Origin: an uncultured Aliarcobacter sp.
GTDB lineage: Bacteria; Campylobacterota; Campylobacteria; Campylobacterales; Arcobacteraceae
Direction of reading: 5' to 3'
Length of the DNA stretch: 64,000 bases
Assembly (NCBI GenBank): GCA_963677435.1
Contig: OY781945.1
Location: 3,058,899 to 3,122,898, forward strand
The translations under genes and the position numbers were made by a program. The notes under the pieces were generated by a model that did not search any database, had not been told where the DNA came from, and saw only the letters and a program-made list of their open reading frames with translations. Position 1 is the stretch's first letter; every line of letters begins with the position of its first letter. This document shows positions 51,681 through 61,200 of this stretch, one piece after another.

Positions 51681-53771
51681 TTAAAAAGTTTTTTTGATAT
51701 TTAATGTAATTTTTCTTGGTTCTCCTGAATAGATTCGATAATCTTCAGTTCCTGATTCATAGTATTTTTTATCAGTAAGATTTTCAACATTTAAAGAGAC
51801 TTCTAAATCTTTTAAAGTATAGTGAATTCCCGTGTCATATCTTGTATAAGAAGGTAGCTCAACTCTTTTACTTGAAGATGAACTTGTGTATACACTATCT
51901 TTGTATACAACTCCTCCTGTAATACCCACTGTTCCATTATAAATTTTTGCAGGAATATTATATCTTGTAAATAAATATCCTGTTAATTTTGGACTGTTCG
52001 CTGCTTCATTACCCACATCTTCTCCCTCAAGATATTCTGATTTATTATAAGCATATCCTGTTTTAAACTGCCAATTTGCAGTTGGTAGCCATTGAATTTC
52101 AGCTTCAACTCCTTTTGTTTGTACTTCACCTTTTAATTCATAATAACCTGAAGAATTTTGCTCAGAAACATTGTATTTATTTATTTTGTAAGCTGATAAT
52201 ATTGTATTTAATTCTTCTGATATATTTAATTTTGTTCCAACTTCAAATTGATCTGATTTTTCAGAATCTAAACCTTTTCCAGATTCATCAACTCTTTCAG
52301 CAGTACTTGGATTATAACTTTGGGCAAAACTTGTATAAACTGAGACTACATCATTAATATTATAGATTGTTCCAATAGAACCTACAAAATCTGTTGAAAA
52401 TTTAGTATTATCTTCTACACAATTTCCTCTTATACAAGTGTAATCAATTTTTGTTCTATCAACTCTTGTTGAACCAACTAATGTAAGCTTATCAGTTACA
52501 CTTATTTTATCTTGGAGATATGTTCCTCCACTAAAATATTCTGTTTTTCTTCTATTATCAACAATATCAGTTGCAGTTCCTCCAAGAACTGGATTGTATA
52601 TACTTACATTTGGAGTTACATTACTTCCATATGCGATTCTTTCATAATCTGTTCTTCTATAGTTTCCAGCTACTCCTAAAACAATATTATTTTTCATATT
52701 TGCAATATCTGTATCAATACTTAAATTTGTGTCAAAGCTGTGCCAATCTCTTTCATTATATTGGTGTCTATTTCTTCTTGTTAATGTTGTTAAAGATGCT
52801 TCACTTGCTTGATTTACTTTTCTATTTTCATATAACTTTCTATCATCAGTATGAAAAACACTTCTCCAATCAAATTTATATGCAAGATTATCATTTATAA
52901 AATGATCTAATTTCACATCTACTGCTGTTCCCTCATCATTATCATAATCATCTGATTCTTGATAAACTGTATCAATTGGAGCAGCTGTTGATATATCATG
53001 GTTTGCTACAAATAATCCATCATCTGCACTACCTTTTTCTTTTCCATATTCCATAGCAACTAATAAAGATGTTTGATCACTTACATTCCAAAGTAAACTA
53101 GGATAGATATAAACATTTTCAAAATCTACATTTTCTCTATATGAATTAAGTTTCTCTCCAACAATTATAAATCTATACATTAAATCTTTTGTTATTGGTC
53201 CTGTTGTATCTATGGTTGTTGTAAGACCATTATCTTCGCCAAATTTTGAACTATTTGACATATATGTTTGAAGTGATGTTTCAAGTGTTGTTCTTTGGGC
53301 AGATTGTGGAAGTTTTGTTTGCATATTTACTAAACCACCTGGCTCCATTGCTCCATATAATACAGATGCTGGACCTTTTACAACTTCTATTCTTTCTACA
53401 TTTGCAGTTGATGGTGAGCCCATTCTACTAATTAGACCTGACATTCCATTTACTTTGATATTTTCTAAATCTGTTTGAAATCCACGAATAAGTATGGCAT
53501 CTGCATTTTTGCCAACTTTTGTTACACCTGTAGTGTAATCATAAGTATCTTCTATTCTTTGAGCTTGTAAATCATTTATCAGTGTGCCTTTAGTAACTGA
53601 TACTGAATAAGGTGTCTCTTTATCCTTGAATTCACCTTTCATACTAGTTGAAGAATACTCTTCAAAATAAGATTCTTGGGCACCTTCGACTACAATTTCA
53701 TTTAACTCATCTGCAAAAGCTAGGTTTTTGCAAATAAGTAATGAAAGTGCTAAATATAATTCTTTTTTCAT
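51681..53771 (-). CDS. TonB-dependent siderophore receptor
   Basis: TonB box 'EIVVEG', 'ETPYSVSV', 'ERIEVVKGPASVLYG', 'NVENLTDKKYY', C-terminal Phe; ATG at 53771 after AAGGA. Confidence 0.92.
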   Translation of the reverse strand: MKKELYLALSLLICKNLAFADELNEIVVEGAQESYFEEYSSTSMKGEFKDKETPYSVSVTKGTLINDLQAQRIEDTYDYTTGVTKVGKNADAILIRGFQTDLENIKVNGMSGLISRMGSPSTANVERIEVVKGPASVLYGAMEPGGLVNMQTKLPQSAQRTTLETSLQTYMSNSSKFGEDNGLTTTIDTTGPITKDLMYRFIIVGEKLNSYRENVDFENVYIYPSLLWNVSDQTSLLVAMEYGKEKGSADDGLFVANHDISTAAPIDTVYQESDDYDNDEGTAVDVKLDHFINDNLAYKFDWRSVFHTDDRKLYENRKVNQASEASLTTLTRRNRHQYNERDWHSFDTNLSIDTDIANMKNNIVLGVAGNYRRTDYERIAYGSNVTPNVSIYNPVLGGTATDIVDNRRKTEYFSGGTYLQDKISVTDKLTLVGSTRVDRTKIDYTCIRGNCVEDNTKFSTDFVGSIGTIYNINDVVSVYTSFAQSYNPSTAERVDESGKGLDSEKSDQFEVGTKLNISEELNTILSAYKINKYNVSEQNSSGYYELKGEVQTKGVEAEIQWLPTANWQFKTGYAYNKSEYLEGEDVGNEAANSPKLTGYLFTRYNIPAKIYNGTVGITGGVVYKDSVYTSSSSSKRVELPSYTRYDTGIHYTLKDLEVSLNVENLTDKKYYESGTEDYRIYSGEPRKITLNIKKTF

Positions 53772-53855
53772 ATTAATCCTTGTTATAAATCCAAAAAACA
53801 AAATTTTATTGTTTTAAAGATGGAATAATATGCAAAAAAAGGTTAATAGTATATT

Positions 53856-53874
53856 AATATAGATTATCAATATT
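53856..53874. promoter_or_regulatory. Possible Fur box
   Basis: Minus strand AATATTGATAATCTATATT matches 14/19 of GATAATGATAATCATTATC, upstream of the receptor. The AT-rich background lowers certainty. Confidence 0.5.
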
Positions 53875-53895
53875 GTTATTAAATAGTTAATCTTC

Positions 53896-53930
53896 TAAAC
53901 TCTAAAAAATCTATTCTTTTTTAGAGTTTA
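53896..53930 (-). terminator. Hairpin after the oxidoreductase gene
   Basis: TAAACTCTAAAAAA-N7-TTTTTTAGAGTTTA. Confidence 0.6.
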
Positions 53931-53938
53931 TTTTAATA

Positions 53939-54787
53939 CTATTTAAACAGTTGATAAATTGAAGAAAAATCTTCTTCACCTTTCCCCATCATTTTCATTT
54001 TTGAAAATAACTCTTTAGGAACAGCTGCACTATAAAGTGGTCTTTTTAATTCATATGCTAAATTTTGTAAAAGATGTAAATCTTTATTTATTGCATTATT
54101 TGAAAAATGTGCAGAAAAATCTTCATCTATTAGTTTTTGAGTTTTTGCTTTTAATACAAGTGATTGTCCACCACCAACTCCTAAAATCTCTAAGGCTTTT
54201 GATTTAGGAATTTCACAACTTTCAGCTAATGCTGTACACTCTGCAAGAGTAGCCATAAATGAACCTAAACAAAGATTGTTGATAAGTTTCATTTTTGTGG
54301 CACTTGATGGTTTTTCTAAGAAGAAAATCTCAACTGCAATTTTTTCTAAAATTGGTTTTACTTTTTCAAAAACTTCAACTTTTCCTGAACTAACAACTGT
54401 TAATTGTCCTTTTAAAGCAGGAGCAACGCTTCCAAAAACTGGATTTTCTAAATAGTTTCCACCTATATCATTTACCATTTTATGAAACTCTAAAACATCA
54501 TCATAGTGATTTGTTGTTAAGTCAATAATTGTTTTACCTTTTAACTCTTCACTTAATAGTCCATTATCAGCAGTTAAAATATCTCTAACTGCATTTGAGT
54601 CAAACAAACATAAAAAAATCACTTCACACTCTTTTAATAAATCTTTTGGTGAATTCACTTTGTCATATGTTAAATCTTTTATTTTTTCTTTATTTCTATT
54701 ATAAACTTTTAATTCAATATCTAATGATGCTAATCTTGTACATATTGCTCTTCCTAAATTTCCAAGTCCTATAAATCCTATTTTCAT
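53939..54787 (-). CDS. NAD(P)-dependent oxidoreductase, 3-hydroxyisobutyrate dehydrogenase family
   Basis: 'IGFIGLGNLG', 'YNRN', 'PVFGS', catalytic 'KLINN', 'KDL'. Confidence 0.9.
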   Translation of the reverse strand: MKIGFIGLGNLGRAICTRLASLDIELKVYNRNKEKIKDLTYDKVNSPKDLLKECEVIFLCLFDSNAVRDILTADNGLLSEELKGKTIIDLTTNHYDDVLEFHKMVNDIGGNYLENPVFGSVAPALKGQLTVVSSGKVEVFEKVKPILEKIAVEIFFLEKPSSATKMKLINNLCLGSFMATLAECTALAESCEIPKSKALEILGVGGGQSLVLKAKTQKLIDEDFSAHFSNNAINKDLHLLQNLAYELKRPLYSAAVPKELFSKMKMMGKGEEDFSSIYQLFK

Positions 54788-54878
54788 AATCTCTCCTATT
54801 TATTAATATGTATGATTATATTAAAACTTCATTAAAACTAATTGTATATAATTCGTTATTTACAAATAAAGGGATTTT

Positions 54879-55364
54879 ATGAATAAATTTATGAAAAGAG
54901 ATATTGCAACATCTCTTACGGCATTTTTGTTTTTAGTAATTGGTATAACTGGTGTCTTAATGTATTTTCATTTATTGGATAATTACACAAAAAATATGCA
55001 TGAAAATTTAGGTCTAGTTTTTGTTTTAGTAATATTTTTCCATGTCTTTTTCAACTGGAAAGCAATGAAAAGTTACTTTTCGAAAAAGGTGTTTTTATAT
55101 TCTGGATTGATAATTTCAGCTGTAGCTCTTACTTTTATATTAACTTCAAAAACAGAAGAAAATCCAAAAACAACGCTTATTAATTCAGTGTTAAATGCAC
55201 CACTTGAGAATTCATTTGTTATATTTACTGAAAGCTCACAAATTGCAAAAGAAAAATTAGAGAAAGCAGGTTTGAAAATTGATAATGCAAAGTCACTTAA
55301 TGAATTGGCGAAATTAAATAAAACTTCACCTTTTGAAGTTGTTAGTATTTTAAGCAAAAAATAA
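54879..55364 (+). CDS. DUF4405-type membrane protein (His-containing TM helices)
   Basis: 'ITGVLMYFH', 'MHENLG...FFHVFFNWK'. Confidence 0.7.
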   Translation: MNKFMKRDIATSLTAFLFLVIGITGVLMYFHLLDNYTKNMHENLGLVFVLVIFFHVFFNWKAMKSYFSKKVFLYSGLIISAVALTFILTSKTEENPKTTLINSVLNAPLENSFVIFTESSQIAKEKLEKAGLKIDNAKSLNELAKLNKTSPFEVVSILSKK

Positions 55365-55391
55365 ATAGATAAGATTTCTTATCTATTTATT
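55360..55391. terminator. Bidirectional terminator-like palindrome
   Basis: AATAAATAGATAAGA-tt-TCTTATCTATTTATT between convergent genes. Confidence 0.65.
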
Positions 55392-55399
55392 AAAAATTC

Positions 55400-57316
55400 T
55401 TAGTTTTTTAAATCTGCTACTATTTTAGCTTTTAGTTTAGGAATTGTAAATCCAAACTCTTCAAATAGATCATTTGCTGGACCCGACGCTCCAAATGTAT
55501 CCATTCCAAATACAACATCTGCAAATCTATAATACTCTAAACCTCGAGCTGCTTCAACTGCATAAACTCTTGTGTTTTTATCAATAACTTGCTCGATATA
55601 CGACTTTTCTTGCTCTAAGAATAGATCAAAACAAGGAACAGAAACAACATTTGCAATAATTCCATCTTTTTCTAATTCACAAGCTGTTTGAAGTGCAAGC
55701 ATTAATTCAGATCCAGATGCCATAATTGTAATATTTGCATTTTCTCTTTTTTTAAGTAAATATCCACCATTTGCAACTGTTCCAAAAGCTTTTTCATCTT
55801 TTAAAACTTTTAAACCTTGTCTTGAGCATACAAAAGCAGTTGGAGCATTCATTTTTAAAGCAACTTTCCAAGAATCTACATTTTCAGTTGCATCTGCTGG
55901 TCTGAATGTATAGAAGTTTGGTAATGCTCTAAATTGTGATAAATGTTCAATTGGTTGGTGAGTTGGTCCATCTTCCCCAACACCAATAGAATCATGAGTC
56001 CAAATAAAGTGTTGAGGGATAGAAGCCAGTGCTGCAATTCTTGCTGCTGGTTTTAAGTAATCAGAAAATACAAAGAAAGTTGCAGAATAAACTCTAAATA
56101 AACCGTATAAGTTCATTGCGTTAGTCATTGCAGCCATTGCATGTTCTTTAATTCCAAAGTGAATATTTCTTCCATTTGGAAAATCACCCATACCTTTTAA
56201 CTCAGTTTTATTTGAAGGTCCAAGGTCAGCACTTCCACCTAAAAATCCTGGAATTGCAGCTGCAATTGCATTTAAAATTTTATGGTTTGAATCTCTTGTT
56301 GCAACACTTGAATCAGCTTCAAAAGTTGGGTATTCAATAGAATCAAAGTTTGGATTTTGAAGTTCTGCAATTTTTGCTTTAGTTTCATCTGATAAAGATT
56401 CAGTCCATGCATTTTGAGCAGTTGAGCCAATAATTAATTTATCAAATGCTCCTTTTACATCAGCTGGTACAAAGAATTTTTCTTCTGGATTAAATCCAGC
56501 TTTTTCTTTTGATTTAGCAATTTCATCATCACCTAATGGAGCACCATGTGCATGGTGGCTTCCTTCCATAGTAACTGAACCTTTTGCAATTGCTGTTTTT
56601 GCAATAATTAATACAGGTAGTGTAGATTCTTTTGCAGTTATTAATGCTTTATCAATTTGCTCAAAATTGTGTCCATCTATTTCAATAACTTCAAAATCAA
56701 TAGCTTGGAATCTTTTTTTAACATTTTCACTCCAAGATAAAGATGTGTCACCCTCAATTGTAATATTATTTGAATCATAAATTATTACAAGATTATCAAG
56801 TTTTAAATGTCCTGCAGTTGAAGTTGCTTCATAAGAGATTCCTTCTTGTAAATCTCCATCTCCACATAAACAATAAACTTTATGATTAATAACTTCACGA
56901 CCAAGGATATTTTGTGCATATTTTGAAGCCATTGAAAAACCAACAGCATTTGCAATACCTTGTCCTAATGGTCCAGTTGTAATTTCAATTCCATGAGTAT
57001 GTCCATATTCTGGATGTCCTGGAGTTTTAGAATGAGTTTGTCTAAAGTTTTTCATATCATTTACAGATACATCAAATCCCCAAAGATGTAATAAAGAATA
57101 AACTAATCCAGTTGCATGACCACCTGAAAAAACTAATCTATCTCTATTTAACCATTTTTGATCTGCGGGATTTACATTTAAATGTTTACTTAATACTGTT
57201 GCAATATCAGCTAATCCCATTGGAGCACCTGGATGTCCTGAGTTTGCTTGTTGCACCATATCAGCTGCTAAAAATCTGATAGTATCTGCTTGTTTTTGTA
57301 ATAATTGTTTTGACAT
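55400..57316 (-). CDS. tkt: Transketolase
   Basis: 'SGHPGAPMG', 'TTGPLGQG', 'GDGDLQEG', 'THDSIGVGEDGPTHQP'; ATG at 57316 after AGGA. Confidence 0.97.
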   Translation of the reverse strand: MSKQLLQKQADTIRFLAADMVQQANSGHPGAPMGLADIATVLSKHLNVNPADQKWLNRDRLVFSGGHATGLVYSLLHLWGFDVSVNDMKNFRQTHSKTPGHPEYGHTHGIEITTGPLGQGIANAVGFSMASKYAQNILGREVINHKVYCLCGDGDLQEGISYEATSTAGHLKLDNLVIIYDSNNITIEGDTSLSWSENVKKRFQAIDFEVIEIDGHNFEQIDKALITAKESTLPVLIIAKTAIAKGSVTMEGSHHAHGAPLGDDEIAKSKEKAGFNPEEKFFVPADVKGAFDKLIIGSTAQNAWTESLSDETKAKIAELQNPNFDSIEYPTFEADSSVATRDSNHKILNAIAAAIPGFLGGSADLGPSNKTELKGMGDFPNGRNIHFGIKEHAMAAMTNAMNLYGLFRVYSATFFVFSDYLKPAARIAALASIPQHFIWTHDSIGVGEDGPTHQPIEHLSQFRALPNFYTFRPADATENVDSWKVALKMNAPTAFVCSRQGLKVLKDEKAFGTVANGGYLLKKRENANITIMASGSELMLALQTACELEKDGIIANVVSVPCFDLFLEQEKSYIEQVIDKNTRVYAVEAARGLEYYRFADVVFGMDTFGASGPANDLFEEFGFTIPKLKAKIVADLKN

Positions 57317-57398
57317 GATTATCCTATTAATAAGTGAAGTTTCTAATTTTGGGTGATTATATCTAAAATAGTTTAAATACAATATGAAGTAACAATTC

Positions 57399-58199
57399 CT
57401 AAATTTTAGGAATTATTATCTTAAAAAAAGCGCCATTTGGTGAATTTTCAACTGAGAGTTTGCCACTCATATTTTTTTCTATTATAAGTTTTGACATAAA
57501 AAGTCCAATTCCTGAACCTCCGATTTTTTCATAGGTAAAAAAGGGGTCAAATATCTTTTCAATTGGATTAACTTTTACTCCACCAGCATTATCTTCAACT
57601 GTGGTGATAATATTTTCATTCTCTTCAAATATTGAAATTTTTATATATGGGTTTTCAATTTTTCTTTGAATTAAAACATCTTTTGCATTGTTAATTATGT
57701 TAATTAAAACTTGTGAATAATCATTTTTATAAGCAATTATTTCAGGATTTTTTTTAATTATAATATCAAGTTTTATATTGTGAGTTTTTAATCCTCCACT
57801 AATAATACTTACTGTTGAATTAATTTGCTCCAATAGTTTAAATTTAATTTTTTCTTTATCTGTCGCAAAAAAATTTCTAAAATCATCAATAGTATTTGAC
57901 ATATATTTAGTTATATGATTTAACTTATCTATTGTTTGAAGAACTTCATCTTCTTCTAAAGGAACACCTAGTGTAATCTTAGCTTCAATTGGTAAAAACA
58001 AAGAGTTGATTTCCATAAGTGGTTGCCTCCATTGATGGGATATATTTCCTAACATTTCACCCAAAGATGCTAACTTTGATTGTTGAAACATTAGCTTGTC
58101 TTTTTCTCTATTTTTTGCGACTTCTTCTTTTATTCTTTTTTCGAGTTCTTTATTATGATGTTCTAACTCTAAAAACTCATCTATTCTTGTTTGTCTCAT
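57399..58199 (-). CDS. Soluble histidine kinase with no sensor domain
   Basis: Short coiled coil, then 'ISHQWRQPL', 'NNAKD', 'DNAGG', 'GSGIGL'. Confidence 0.88.
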   Translation of the reverse strand: MRQTRIDEFLELEHHNKELEKRIKEEVAKNREKDKLMFQQSKLASLGEMLGNISHQWRQPLMEINSLFLPIEAKITLGVPLEEDEVLQTIDKLNHITKYMSNTIDDFRNFFATDKEKIKFKLLEQINSTVSIISGGLKTHNIKLDIIIKKNPEIIAYKNDYSQVLINIINNAKDVLIQRKIENPYIKISIFEENENIITTVEDNAGGVKVNPIEKIFDPFFTYEKIGGSGIGLFMSKLIIEKNMSGKLSVENSPNGAFFKIIIPKI

Positions 58200-58240
58200 A
58201 TAAAAATATCTATCCTATTTTATTACAATTAAAAAAACAC

Positions 58241-58261
58241 AAATAGGAATAATTCCTATTT
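58241..58261 (-). terminator. Hairpin after the adhesin gene
   Basis: AAATAGGAAT-a-ATTCCTATTT. Confidence 0.6.
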
Positions 58262-58265
58262 ATGC

Positions 58266-61200
58266 TTATATTACAGGTGTAACATCAATATCATCATCAA
58301 TTAATAATTTAACTGTAGAATTTGTTCCTGTTCCTGTGTACACATTGTAGTTTATACCATCATGTTGTTCTTTTCCTACACTTGACCAATCACTTGGAGT
58401 ATCTAAATCAACTTTATCATGTAAATCACCTTTGATGATTAACTGATGATCTTCTTGAACTAAAACATCATTTAAATCCACAGAAATTTTATCAATTTTT
58501 GAATTTTCTAAGTTAATCACATCTGTATTTTTATGAGAAGAAATAATTGATGTTAGATCAATATCTTCACCTGATATATTCAATGTATTAACTGATGCAT
58601 TAGGAGAAATATCTATTTTCAAATTTACACTAAATGTTGCTTTATCTCCATCTTCATCACTTGCATTTACACTAAATGATTTTGTTGTATCATTATCAAA
58701 TTCAGAAGATTTTCCACTGTATGAATATTTTCCTGTTGTAAAATCAAATGTTAATTTTCCATCACCATCAATAGCAACTCCATCACTTGGCATAGTATCT
58801 TTTGTATACTCTTTTCCATCAATAACGATGCTATCTATTTTTGTATGTCCATCTCCACCTATTATATTATCCGTAACATCACCTAAAATTGTACTATGAA
58901 CAGTTCCTGATAAAACATCACCTAATGTTGTTTCTTTTTGTACTAATATTACATTATCACCATCTTGAACTTGTATAACATTTAAATATTTAGCACTAAT
59001 ATCTTTACTTATTCCAATAACATTTAAAGTATCAATATTTTTATCAACATAATTTTTCCAATTTATTATAGTCGTATCACTATCTTGATCAATTTTATCC
59101 ACTGCAGCATTTGCTTCTCCATCAGATATGAAATAACCTACTGTTTGAGTTGCAGTATGCCCAGTAAAATCAACTTTCATTGTTTCAGTTAAAGCATCAG
59201 CATAACCTGTTCCATCTGTTAAATTTATATTAACTCCATTTGCTTTAAGTTGATAAGTATTAGAATCTATTGTTAAACTATTAATATAAGTAATAGCATC
59301 ATCTGCACTCATCCAACCAATATTTTTTGCATTAACTTTAAATAAAGTTAAATTAACTTCTGTATGGCCATTTGCTTCATATGCTTTTATCGTGTCAATA
59401 AGAGATTTTTTTGCAATATCTAATCTTGTTTGTGATGAATTATCTACTTTAAAAGACATACTTCCTGATACATCTAGAGTCAATACTAGATTTGTTGATA
59501 CTTCTCCAAATGTTAATGTATTTGTTTCATTCATTCCATACACTAATGCATCTGTATCAATTGTCTCTGAATAATTTAATCCTGTTGCATTATCATTAGT
59601 TTCTGTTGCTCTTGCTGTTATTCCAAGGTTAATATTATCAACTTCTGATTCTGGTACTATCATTTTTATTGAATCACTGATTGATTTAGTCCCTGCTGGA
59701 ATTGTTACACTCCAAGTGTTATCTCCATTATCTACTAATGTATAACTATCACTTGAAAGCGTCGCTCCTTTTGGTACATTTGTAATATCAACTGTTAAAG
59801 TTTCACTTCCATCTAAGTCTGTTAAAGCTGCATTAATATCTACATTATAAATTTCGCCTATTATTTGACCATTACTATTAGTTTCAACTTCTGTGAAACT
59901 TAATTTATTTATTAAATAATCATCTTCTTTTCCTAATGCTGAGAATACTACTTCATCAAATACAACACCATCTTTTGCTACAAAATGGAATGGTCCATCT
60001 ACAGTGTCTGTTCCTCCTGAATGAGTTTGAGTATCTACTAAAACTCCATCTTTATAAAATTTGATTTGTGCTGTTTCTGGATTACTACCTGCATGTTTCC
60101 AAGCGAAAGTAACATCAACACTTGTTACATCTTTTTCAAAAGATACTTTTAATTTCTCAGATGATTTAGTTTTATTGTCAAAACCAATTTCACTGCTATC
60201 TCCTGAACTTGCTCCTGAAACTCCAAATCCATCATGATTAGTATTTTCAACTTTTGATATACTAGTTTGATTCCCACTTGTATTATATGCTGTTACTGTA
60301 TATCCATGTGTTGTATCTGTAACATTTGATTTATCAATTATTTGTACATGTTTCTCTACATTTATACTTGCTGTTGGTTTATCTGCAACTGCTATAATTT
60401 CAATTGAAGTTGTATGAGTTGTACTCCAATCTTTTGAATCACTAACTTGGAAAGTGAATGAGCTATCTAAATCTGTATTATTATTTGGAATAAATACTAA
60501 TTTCCCACTATTTATATCACTAGCATTTAAAATTACACCTGCACTTATTGCTGTTCCATTAAACATCAATACACCATTTGTTGGTAATGTGTTTATTTTA
60601 ATCGAACTTATTGCATCTCCATTACCATTGCTATATGTACCAAAGTCTGAAAGACTTAGTACTTTTGATGTATCTTCTTTTGTTATAACTTTATCATCTG
60701 TAGTTGATGGAATTGCATCACTTGCAGTTGCTTCTGCAAAATTTAAGCCATTTGAATTATCATTTGTTTCTGTTGCTCTTGCTGTGATTTCTAAATTAAT
60801 ATTCTCAGTATTTGATTTTGGAACACTCATTGTTATTGAATCACTAATTGATTTAGTTCCTGCTGGAATTGTTACACTCCAAGTGTTATCTCCATTATCT
60901 ACTAATGTATAAGCTGTACTTGTAAGTGTTGCTCCTGTTGGAACATTACTTATAGTTACAGTAAGAGTTTCACTTCCATCTAAATCTTTTAGTGCTGCAC
61001 TTATATCTACTTTATAATCATTTGTTGTTTTTACTGTTCCACTATTTTCACTAGATTCAAAAACAACATTTTCAATATTTTTTACAACGAATTTTGATCC
61101 TTGTAAAGCCCCATTTCCATCAACTTCATAAATTGTAAACTCTTTATTTGCATAGCCTTCAACATTTTTGTTCATTTCAATAAATTCTGCCCATGAAATC

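Noticed and set aside
41348..57382. Extended N-termini in the ORF track (41348, 42201, 47453, 53801, 57382)
   Set aside because: Downstream ATGs with good RBS and family-typical starts fit better (41474, 42123, 47420, 53771, 57316).
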